Origin: Alphaproteobacteria bacterium
Lineage (GTDB): Bacteria > Pseudomonadota > Alphaproteobacteria > Caulobacterales > Parvularculaceae
Direction of reading: 5' to 3'
Assembly: GCA_030428745.1 (NCBI GenBank)
Contig: JAUIEG010000001.1
Span: 43,815-107,814 of the forward strand
DNA length: 64,000 bases
Made by a program: the position numbers and the translations under genes. Numbering within the stretch: the first letter of the stretch is position 1; the number at the start of each line of letters is the position of its first letter. The notes beneath the pieces were generated by a model. It was not told the DNA's origin and did not search any database. It worked only from the letters and a program-made list of their open reading frames with translations. This document shows positions 39,292 through 47,570 of this stretch, piece after piece.

Positions 39292-39349
39292 GTTGATGCT
39301 CCATTGTCTGTTCGTTTTATTTCTCTTCAGGTCACCACAAAGCGGATTA

Positions 39350-40597
39350 TTACGATGTGACGGCACGCATGCGGGCAAACGCCGCCTCAAGATCAGCGAT
39401 CAGGTCCGCCGGGTCCTCAAGGCCTGCATGCACGCGGATAAGTTCACAGTCTTCGTCAATTACGCTCGCTACCCGGACAGGTTTCGGCCAGGCCGGCACC
39501 AGCAGGCTCTCATACCCGCCCCAGCTGGAGCCCAGGCCGAAGAGCGACAAATGGTCGAAAAACGCCGACGCCGCTTGATCGCTCATTCTAGCAAGCTCGA
39601 CGCCGAATAATCCCGACGCGCCATCGTAATCGCGCCGCCAGATATCATAACCCGGATCGTCCTTAAGCGCCGGATAGCGTATCCGCGCCACTTCCGGCTG
39701 CTGCGCTAGCCACTCGATCAGGCAAAACGCGTTTTGCTGATGGCGCTCCATGCGCACGTCCAGCGTACGCAAACCGCGATGCGCGAGATAACAGTCATCC
39801 GGGCTGGCGCTATTGCCCCAGCGCCCGGCCATATCCTTGATCTTCTCAAAATGAGATCGGCTTCGCACGCTGATCGACCCAAGCATGATGTCCGAATGGC
39901 CTGAAAAATACTTCGTGCCCGACTGAATCGATACATCGACGCCATGATCGAGAGGACGATAGTACAGCGGCGTCGCCCATGTGTTGTCGATCAGTGTGAT
40001 CGCTCCCGCCGCTCTCGCCGCCTCGACCACAACAGGGATGTCAATCATCTCGAACAATTGCGAACCAGGCGATTCAAGAAACACGGCGCGTGTATTGCTG
40101 CGAAATTTAGATCGTATCTCATCACCGATTCTTGGATTGAAGTATGAGATCTCGACGCCGAACCGCTTCAGAATTGTCTCGAAAAACTTTCGCGTCGTGC
40201 CGTAAACGCAATCGGCGGCGAGCAGATGATCTCCGGCGCTCAAAAAAGCCGCCGCCGCCAGCGCATTCGCCGCTGTGCCGGACGAGGTGATCAACGTATC
40301 GCTTGCATTCTCCAGTTTCGAAATTGCGTCCGCTAGTGCAAATGTGGTTTTGGTGCCATAAAGCCCGTAGATCACATCGTCGTAATATCCGTCATGTCGG
40401 CGCTTATAGGCCTCGACAGTAGGATAGAAGACAGTCGAGGCGCGATAAACCGGCGGATTGAGGATGCCGGCCTGTTCCGAAGGTCTCGGGCCGCCATGCG
40501 TCGCGACCGTCGCCTGCCTCAAGACTTCCTTTTTCGCGCTCTTTTGCGATTTTTTATCATCAATTATGTCAGTGTACGGGTTATTATCCGCCTTCAC
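39350..40597 (-). CDS. metC: Cystathionine beta-lyase-like PLP enzyme
   Basis: NPPVYRAST, ESPGS, DNTWATP, SGTKYFSGHSD, SWGGYESL, GLEDPADL. Confidence 0.85.
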   Translation of the reverse strand: MKADNNPYTDIIDDKKSQKSAKKEVLRQATVATHGGPRPSEQAGILNPPVYRASTVFYPTVEAYKRRHDGYYDDVIYGLYGTKTTFALADAISKLENASDTLITSSGTAANALAAAAFLSAGDHLLAADCVYGTTRKFFETILKRFGVEISYFNPRIGDEIRSKFRSNTRAVFLESPGSQLFEMIDIPVVVEAARAAGAITLIDNTWATPLYYRPLDHGVDVSIQSGTKYFSGHSDIMLGSISVRSRSHFEKIKDMAGRWGNSASPDDCYLAHRGLRTLDVRMERHQQNAFCLIEWLAQQPEVARIRYPALKDDPGYDIWRRDYDGASGLFGVELARMSDQAASAFFDHLSLFGLGSSWGGYESLLVPAWPKPVRVASVIDEDCELIRVHAGLEDPADLIADLEAAFARMRAVTS

Positions 40598-40890
40598 CGC
40601 ATTCCCCCTGTCTTTATAGTTCTATGGTCAACCGCCTGTCGAATTTCGTACATCTGTTAATATATCCGTTTAAAGAATTTCGACTTTCGGCAAGCGATGC
40701 GCGTGAATCAGACCGGTGTGTCAGGCGCAGTCTCCCCGGTCCCGGCACAGGCCGGGATCGCTTACTCTTATTCGTCTTCATAAACTCCTTTCAAAGTCTC
40801 TTGCCGCATTCAGCGCCAGCTGAGTCATGTTGTAAAATAGAAAAATGTGGCTAGGGTATTCGGGAATGTAATGACCCTCGGGACAACTTA

Positions 40891-41826
40891 ATGAATCTCC
40901 GCCAACTGGACGCTTTTCGCGCTGTAATGATGACTGGTTCGGTGACGAATGCGGCTGAATTCCTGCACGTCTCCCAGCCTGCGGTAAGCCGGCTGATCGC
41001 CGACCTTGAACACGTCGTCGGCTTCAGTCTGTTCGTGCGTGAAAAGGGAAGCGCGCTGGCGCCGACGCCGGAAGCGGAATCCTTCTTCCAGGAAGTCGAC
41101 CGTAATTTCGCAGGGCTCGACACGCTAAAGCGGGCCGCCGATGACATTCGAAACTTTCGATCGGGTCAATTGCGGATCGCAAGCCTGCCAGCGCTAGCAA
41201 TGGGCTTCTTGCCGTCCGTTATTCAGAAGTTTCACGCGCAGCACCCGTCCGTAACCGTGCAACTGCAAACACGAAGCTCTTCTACAGTTCGGCAATGGGT
41301 CGCGGCGCAGCAGTTCGATTTGGGACTCGCCCGTCCCGGCGAATATCCGGGCGTGGACGCGCGCCTGTTCACAAGCGTACCAGGCGTGTGTGTTTTTCCG
41401 CCGGGCCATCGCATGGGCGCGCTCGACGTCGTCAAGCCGAAAGATTTCGAAAGCGAGCCGTTTATTTCATTGGCGCTCGAAGATCTTTCGCGTGCGCGAA
41501 TCGACCGTGTATTTGAAAAAGCCCGCGTTTCGAGAAACATCATCGTCGAAACGCAATATGCGGCGACTATCTGCGGCCTTGTTCTCAAGGGCGTCGGCGT
41601 TTCAATCATCAATCCGATCACGGCCATGGATTTCATCGAGCGTCATCTCGAAGCACGCCGCTTTGAGCCAGAAGTTCAGTTTGAATACATGCTTTTTCTA
41701 CCCAAACACAAACCACCGTCCCGCCTCACCGAGTCATTCTTGAAAATTCTTGAAGAGGTTCGAGACGAAGCGCTGGAACTTGCGATGTCCCGGACTGTAA
41801 GACGCAAGCGCGCCAAAGCCAAATAG
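40891..41826 (+). CDS. LysR-family transcriptional regulator
   Basis: MNLRQLDAF...GSVTNAAEFLHVSQPAVSRLI HTH; divergent from metC-like gene. Confidence 0.93.
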   Translation: MNLRQLDAFRAVMMTGSVTNAAEFLHVSQPAVSRLIADLEHVVGFSLFVREKGSALAPTPEAESFFQEVDRNFAGLDTLKRAADDIRNFRSGQLRIASLPALAMGFLPSVIQKFHAQHPSVTVQLQTRSSSTVRQWVAAQQFDLGLARPGEYPGVDARLFTSVPGVCVFPPGHRMGALDVVKPKDFESEPFISLALEDLSRARIDRVFEKARVSRNIIVETQYAATICGLVLKGVGVSIINPITAMDFIERHLEARRFEPEVQFEYMLFLPKHKPPSRLTESFLKILEEVRDEALELAMSRTVRRKRAKAK

Positions 41827-42703
41827 GTAGACCAGTCGAGTGCTGAGCCCGCAATCAGCGGCTCGTCAACTCAACGGCCTATGTCGAGTCCTTTCTCCGC
41901 CAAGCGGCGAAACATGAGGCTTCAGCCCGGCGAAGCGAATGATTGACACCTCGGTCGAGCCATCAGAGCAGCATGGCCATGAATGCATTGATGACGAACT
42001 GAACCCGGAATTCCGGTGGAGCGATGTCCGACGCAATATCCTTAGTTTGAAGGGATATTTCTCAGCGCTCTAAGTCCGCGAGCATCTTGCGAAAATAGCT
42101 GAGCACAAAGCCCCCGCTCTTCTAGCGTGGGTTAACTCGCCTGAACTTCCTGACGCCTCCGAACCCTTACCCGCTACTCAAGTTATGCATGAAGCCCTGG
42201 ACGAATGACGGGGCAAAATCAGACGCGGCACAATGAACCCTACGCAATCGGTTGATTTATCAGTATATTGTCCATCATTCAGACAGACTAACTTCTTGTA
42301 ATATCGCCCGAAATTCAGCCTGTGGTGCCTGACATAAAGTTCGATACGCATTCACAAAGGGGAGGCAGTGTTACTGTGAGAACCGGCGGCACCATTATGC
42401 ATCACATCATGAAGGCGGTAGCTTGTTAGCCCGAGTAGCCGTCGAACGGCCTTAAGATTTTTTTGAAGTTGGTTTTTAGCTCATCAGAAACAACTGGACC
42501 AAGCAGCTATCAGGGTATTCAGAAGGGCGGATTTATCGGCTCGCCCTTTTGAAACTGACGATCGATTGTGCTGACACCGTTCGCGATTGCCCATTTTTGT
42601 AGGTTTTGGATTTGAACCGCTTACCATGCGCTTACCCAGCACCCTTTGGGACATGCGCACACCAAAGCCAGCCTTCATAACCATCTGAATTCAAAGAAAA
42701 GTA

Positions 42704-42749
42704 TGGCGCGAGTGACGGGACTTGAACCCGCGACCTCCGGCGTGACAGG
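42704..42749 (-). mobile_element. tRNA-Asp(GTC) 3' fragment, att-like site
   Basis: Minus strand CCTGTCACGCCGGAGGTCGCGGGTTCAAGTCCCGTCACTCGCGCCA: anticodon loop, T-arm and CCA; D-arm and 5' acceptor strand absent. Confidence 0.88.
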
Positions 42750-42830
42750 AATCTGCTTCGGATATCAAACTTGGCAACTAGGATACGATATACGACGGTC
42801 TCGTCAAATTTCTCAAAAAACGTCTGCGAA

Positions 42831-44903
42831 CTAGATCGTTCCGCTAAAGACAATAGATAGCGCACGCGCGCCATGCCTGTCGCGTAGCTCTTCCAGAGCC
42901 ACGGGAGACAGGTCCCGCGCACCATCAAACCTGGTGCGCAATCGGCTATCGCCTCCGCGCAACATGTTTTTCAACTCGATCCTTAGCTTTACGCTCTTCA
43001 GCCAAGTCGATTCCCAATAAAGATCGAGATCCGCCCCTTCCTTCGATCTGACGAACTCATCAAGACCGAACTCAAACTCCGGCGCGCCCAGATCGAGCTC
43101 CCAGCCCCACGCCCACCGCTGCTCCGTAAAATCCTGCCGGAATTCTGCGGATGCAATCCAGCGTTGTTCATTTGAGAACCGGCGCGCGGCGCCGGTGACA
43201 GGGTCGATGACGCGGCTGCGTCGCCATTCCCCCTCAAAGTCGAGCCGCGCATTTGAAAGGCCCGCCCAGTCCAGTGGAAGCGCGCCATCCGCTTTAACGC
43301 CCCAACGGTGACCATCGCCAATATTGCCTGGCGTCTCATCTCCGTCCTGGAGGGGCAGCAAATCCTGAACGTCCGAGACCCAATGCCTGTAGAGAGCAAG
43401 ATTAAGCGCGCCCGCTTCCCCAAAGCGCTGGCGCAATGCGACCTCCGCCACCCAGGTCGTCTCTGGTCTCAGTTCCGGATTGCCGAGCGCCAGATCCTGG
43501 TCATCAAAATCGGAAGCGCTCACAAAATCAAAAAAATCAAGTTGCGCGACCTCCCGGCGAAAACTCGCCTGAAATTGCTGAGCGCCCGTCCTCGCATAGA
43601 GCGCGGAGAGGGACGGCCGCACATAAAACAGGCTCTGACTAGAGGCAACATCGCCAGACTGGCGAATTGTTGACGCCTCGATCCCTAGCCCGGTCTCCAG
43701 CGTCAGAGCTCCCAGCCGCCAGGAATCCTGAAGGCTCGCCTCTACCCTCTCTTCCGACACGCTTGCATTCGCACCCGGCACGATTTCAGGCAGAAAACCG
43801 CCGCCCTCATCGACTATTAACATCTGCCTGTTGTCGAGGGTGTTTCTTGCTGCTTCCACGGCTCCTTCGATGAGGTGGCCCGTCACGCCATCGTATTCTA
43901 CGGCGGTTCGCCCGATCAGTTCGCTCGTGCGCGCCCGCACCGTGCTGATGCTGAGTTCCGTTCGGCCAGGGACTGCAGGATCCGGATCACTCAATTCTTC
44001 AAATTCTGGCAGGCGATCCCGGCGGTACAGTCCAAGGATTTTAACATTCCAGCCAACCGGCAACGCCTTTTCGTAATCCACTCCGGCCTCGAACGAACGA
44101 AGCTTCTTTGTCGACGATTGGAGCACTGTATAGTCAATCAGGCCAACATTGACCGGCGTGCGATCCGATATTTCGACCGCAACCGCCTTTTCAGTCGCTC
44201 CTCTTCCATTGAAACTGGCGCGCCCGCCCGCCAGATCAAAATTGGAGCTGAGGCTGACGACAATCTCACGGCCCTTCTCGCGTTCAGTTTCATCCCTGAA
44301 TTCCGCCGGCGCGCCAATTTCATCCGTAAGTAATTCGGCGCCTGACAGCAAATCCCGGTCTTGCTCAACAGAAACGCCAAAAACATATTCGGCGGCATTC
44401 CATTCCCCTGAGTAAGAAATAGATGCGAATGGGGAAAACGTGTTCGAACGCAGAAGAATGTCGCCGCCGCTTTCCCAGGTCAGGACGCCCGCGCTTTGCG
44501 GCTTTAAATAAACACTCGCCACTAACGTCTGACCGCGCAAATCCGACCGCGCAAAGGGACCGCGAATGACGTCAATTCGAGACACGCTTTCCGCCGGTAT
44601 GCGTTCGAGAATATCCGAAACCGTATCTGATTTGGCGCTTGGCCGTTCGCCATTGATGAGAATGTTGCCTGACGCCCCACCGAAGCCGCGAGTCTCCTCG
44701 CCGTCCGCTATTTGAAATCCCGGCAAGCGCCGCACCATGTCAAGCGCGGTCACCGGGCGAAATTGCGCGAAAAAGGAAGCGGGGTAAGAACTCGCGCATC
44801 CGGTTTGAGCTTCGCACGAGTTTTCAGTGACGTCTTGCGCCTGCGCCAATTGGCTCGCGGCGACTGAAACGACAGCGACAACCGAAAACAATGAGGACTT
44901 CAT
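42831..44903 (-). CDS. TonB-dependent receptor (short plug type)
   Basis: Signal peptide MKSSLF; TALDMVRRLPGF, GNILINGERP, RIDVIRG, GNPELRPE. Confidence 0.85.
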   Translation of the reverse strand: MKSSLFSVVAVVSVAASQLAQAQDVTENSCEAQTGCASSYPASFFAQFRPVTALDMVRRLPGFQIADGEETRGFGGASGNILINGERPSAKSDTVSDILERIPAESVSRIDVIRGPFARSDLRGQTLVASVYLKPQSAGVLTWESGGDILLRSNTFSPFASISYSGEWNAAEYVFGVSVEQDRDLLSGAELLTDEIGAPAEFRDETEREKGREIVVSLSSNFDLAGGRASFNGRGATEKAVAVEISDRTPVNVGLIDYTVLQSSTKKLRSFEAGVDYEKALPVGWNVKILGLYRRDRLPEFEELSDPDPAVPGRTELSISTVRARTSELIGRTAVEYDGVTGHLIEGAVEAARNTLDNRQMLIVDEGGGFLPEIVPGANASVSEERVEASLQDSWRLGALTLETGLGIEASTIRQSGDVASSQSLFYVRPSLSALYARTGAQQFQASFRREVAQLDFFDFVSASDFDDQDLALGNPELRPETTWVAEVALRQRFGEAGALNLALYRHWVSDVQDLLPLQDGDETPGNIGDGHRWGVKADGALPLDWAGLSNARLDFEGEWRRSRVIDPVTGAARRFSNEQRWIASAEFRQDFTEQRWAWGWELDLGAPEFEFGLDEFVRSKEGADLDLYWESTWLKSVKLRIELKNMLRGGDSRLRTRFDGARDLSPVALEELRDRHGARALSIVFSGTI

Positions 44904-44961
44904 GTGCGCCTGACTTCTTTTTAAAGCCGACATCCGCCCGTGCAACACCTCAAAAGGAGTA

Positions 44962-44985
44962 TGGCGGCCGCTTGCGCGGCCGCCA
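44962..44985 (-). terminator. GC-rich hairpin between the two TonB receptor genes
   Basis: TGGCGGCCGC-GCAA-GCGGCCGCCA followed by TACTCCTTTT on the minus strand. Confidence 0.6.
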
Positions 44986-45023
44986 ACTGTCGCGTTCAAA
45001 GGGAGAGTAAACCGGGACGCAAC

Positions 45024-47402
45024 CTAAAGAGCCACTCGCAATGTCAATTGAACAACCGGCGTCGATTGCTCGCGTTCGATTTCGTACCCGTCGACATTGC
45101 CGGCGATCGCATTATCGATGATCTCAGCGCCTGTATCCCCGCCGAAATTCTCTTCGGTCTGGAAGGTGCTGGCGTCAAGCACATTGTTGCCGCTGAGGCG
45201 TAGGACGACAGTCTCTTTAAATCGCTTTTCGATGAATAATTCGAGATTTCCGTCAGTGTTCCCACGCTCGATCTCACCGAAAAAGTGCGACGTGTACTGA
45301 CCCTGTTTCTGATAGCTGGCGCCAAAGCTGACATCGACACTCGGAATCGATTGCGTCACGCCGACATTATAGACATAGGTTGGTTGTTGATTGACGCGAA
45401 CCTCCCGGGCGAAATTCGGGTCGAACCGCTCTGAATACAGGCGCGTGTAGTTGGCAAACAGGCCCGTGTCCGGCATTCCCAAAGCTGCAAGGGACGTACT
45501 AAGATCGAACTCGAAACCGTAGACTTTCGCCTTTCCGGTATTCCGGAAGGAATAAAGGCCGCCTGGCGTCATGGGATCGTCATCCGGGTCGAGATCGACC
45601 TGAACGAGCTGAATGAGGTCGTCAATATCCCGGTAAAATGCGTTGACGCCCATAATGCCGCGCCCCGGAAGCTGGAATTCGAATCCGGCGTCGAAGCCTA
45701 GCGATGTTTCCGTGACAAGAAACGGATTTCCAGCCGTCACATCATCATCTTCTGGCTCGTCTATATCTTCAAAGGGAATGCGCTGCTCAAAGCTCGGGCG
45801 CCGCACGGTCTTCGCAAAGCTTGCCCGAAATGACGCCCACTCGTTCAGATCGTACTGGAAATGGGCTGAGGGATTAAGTTGCGTGTCTGTCAGCTTGATA
45901 GGCGTGAACAGATCGCCGCTTTCCTTCGTCACGGTGTGTTCCAGACGCGCGCCGGTCTCAAGACTGGCGCGATCGCTCAAAACCCATTCAACGGTAATGA
46001 AACCATCATATCGGTTTTCCTTCAGATTGAAGACGCCTCCGCCGGCCGCGGGCTCGAACGGTTCCTGCACGCCGTCATCGAACTCGGCGACCTGAAGGGA
46101 CGAATCGCGGTCGCGGAATTTGCCCTGAAAGCCGGTTTTCGCCTCGACACTGACAAACCCGAACATATCGGCGACGCCCGGTAAATTCTGAGTAAGCTTT
46201 GCATCCGCCTGAATTTCTTTGTCCAGAGTGTCAAAGACTTCGATTTCGGTCTGCTCCGGACCGAAATCGGCGATGCTCAGCTCCTCGAATAAAATGGCCT
46301 CGGTCGGAAGAACTGCAAGATCGTCCGGATCGGCTTCAAGCTCAATCGCCGTTTCAGTATTGTCGAATTGCGAATACTGGGCGCCGAACTGAATGGCGGT
46401 GTTCTCGCCGAACCGCTTTTCATAAACAGCGTCGAGACCGAAATTGAGCTGCTTGAATTTAGTGTCCTGCGCCTCGATGGCGTCAAGGTTGGTGGGGCTG
46501 TCTTCAAATACCAGCCCGTCTTCTCGTTCATCGCGATCCGTTTTAATCAGGAAGCCCCTGAATGAAAGTTCGCTGTCGTCATCGAAACGGTAGGACACGT
46601 CGCCATTGAACGAGATATCGAGATTGTCGCGCGTATCGAATTGAACCGCGCGTTCTTCACCGTCACCCACGACGGAGCCTGACGACGTATCGGAAAATGC
46701 GTCGGAAGCAGCTTCCAGCGACGAATAATTGTCGCCCGAAAAGACTTCCTCCACGGTGACTTTCGGATTGTACCGCTGTTGGACGTTGGCGGTCAGGGCG
46801 AAAGTCAGTTTCTCATCGTCGCTGCGGCCTACGTAACCGATCGCGCCCGCGCCGCGCACCTTTTTATCGTAATCGTAGTAAAGCGCCGAGGCGCGTCCAA
46901 CGATCCCGGGCGGCAGGGAAGCGCCGTCCTTCAGGATGATGTTGATGGTCCCGCCGACGCCCTGACTGTCGAGATCGGCGCTCGGACTGCGGATGATTTC
47001 GATCCGTTCTACGAGTTCGGCAGGGATGCGATCCACCAGAACGCTGCGGTCGCCGCCGGCGCCGGGAACAGGACGCCCATTGATCAGTATCTGGGTGAAG
47101 CCGCTGCCAAGCCCGCGAAGCTGAGGCGCGTCATATTCGCCGATGTCGCTGGTGAACGCGACGCCTGGCGTTCTCTTTAAAGCGTCGCCAACGGAAATAG
47201 GTTCATACTGTTCAAAAAACTCACGGTCATAGGTGAGCTCAGGATTGACCGAAGTTGTGCGATTCCTCGTTATGACCTGACCCGTTACGACGATTTCGTC
47301 GGTCTCTTGCGCATATACGGCCCCGGTCAGGCAAACGCCAGGCGCAGCAACACAACCGCCAAGCAACAACGTTCTCAGCGTTCTGGTATTCAACGTTCTC
47401 AT
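45024..47402 (-). CDS. TonB-dependent receptor (phytase-associated)
   Basis: GGAGG RBS at MRTLN; DEIVVTG; LRGLGSGFTQILINGRP; ERIEIIRSP; divergent from phytase. Confidence 0.9.
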   Translation of the reverse strand: MRTLNTRTLRTLLLGGCVAAPGVCLTGAVYAQETDEIVVTGQVITRNRTTSVNPELTYDREFFEQYEPISVGDALKRTPGVAFTSDIGEYDAPQLRGLGSGFTQILINGRPVPGAGGDRSVLVDRIPAELVERIEIIRSPSADLDSQGVGGTINIILKDGASLPPGIVGRASALYYDYDKKVRGAGAIGYVGRSDDEKLTFALTANVQQRYNPKVTVEEVFSGDNYSSLEAASDAFSDTSSGSVVGDGEERAVQFDTRDNLDISFNGDVSYRFDDDSELSFRGFLIKTDRDEREDGLVFEDSPTNLDAIEAQDTKFKQLNFGLDAVYEKRFGENTAIQFGAQYSQFDNTETAIELEADPDDLAVLPTEAILFEELSIADFGPEQTEIEVFDTLDKEIQADAKLTQNLPGVADMFGFVSVEAKTGFQGKFRDRDSSLQVAEFDDGVQEPFEPAAGGGVFNLKENRYDGFITVEWVLSDRASLETGARLEHTVTKESGDLFTPIKLTDTQLNPSAHFQYDLNEWASFRASFAKTVRRPSFEQRIPFEDIDEPEDDDVTAGNPFLVTETSLGFDAGFEFQLPGRGIMGVNAFYRDIDDLIQLVQVDLDPDDDPMTPGGLYSFRNTGKAKVYGFEFDLSTSLAALGMPDTGLFANYTRLYSERFDPNFAREVRVNQQPTYVYNVGVTQSIPSVDVSFGASYQKQGQYTSHFFGEIERGNTDGNLELFIEKRFKETVVLRLSGNNVLDASTFQTEENFGGDTGAEIIDNAIAGNVDGYEIEREQSTPVVQLTLRVAL

Positions 47403-47473
47403 TCTTTTCCCTCCCGAACGGGCTTTTGCGGCGGCTGGTTTTTCACTCTTTTGGGCCACCTTGCGACGATGGC

Positions 47474-47502
47474 AGATTACGAATGAATTTTCCATTTGTC
47501 AA
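47474..47502 (-). promoter_or_regulatory. sigma70 promoter with embedded IolR-like operator
   Basis: Minus strand TTGACA-N17-TAATCT; spacer contains TGGAAAATTCATTCGT. Confidence 0.6.
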
Positions 47503-47570
47503 ACTTTTTAGAATATTCTATCTATTTCTCACAAACATGATCGAAAGAAACAGGGAGGCGACCGGTACTC

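Noticed and set aside
42080-42140. IS66 transposase C-terminal remnant (LAKIAEH...LLAW)
   Set aside because: Resemblance is too weak, with no terminal inverted repeats or other IS genes.
42704-42780. Intact tRNA-Asp gene
   Set aside because: Similarity stops at 42749, with no D-arm or 5' acceptor strand, so it is a fragment.
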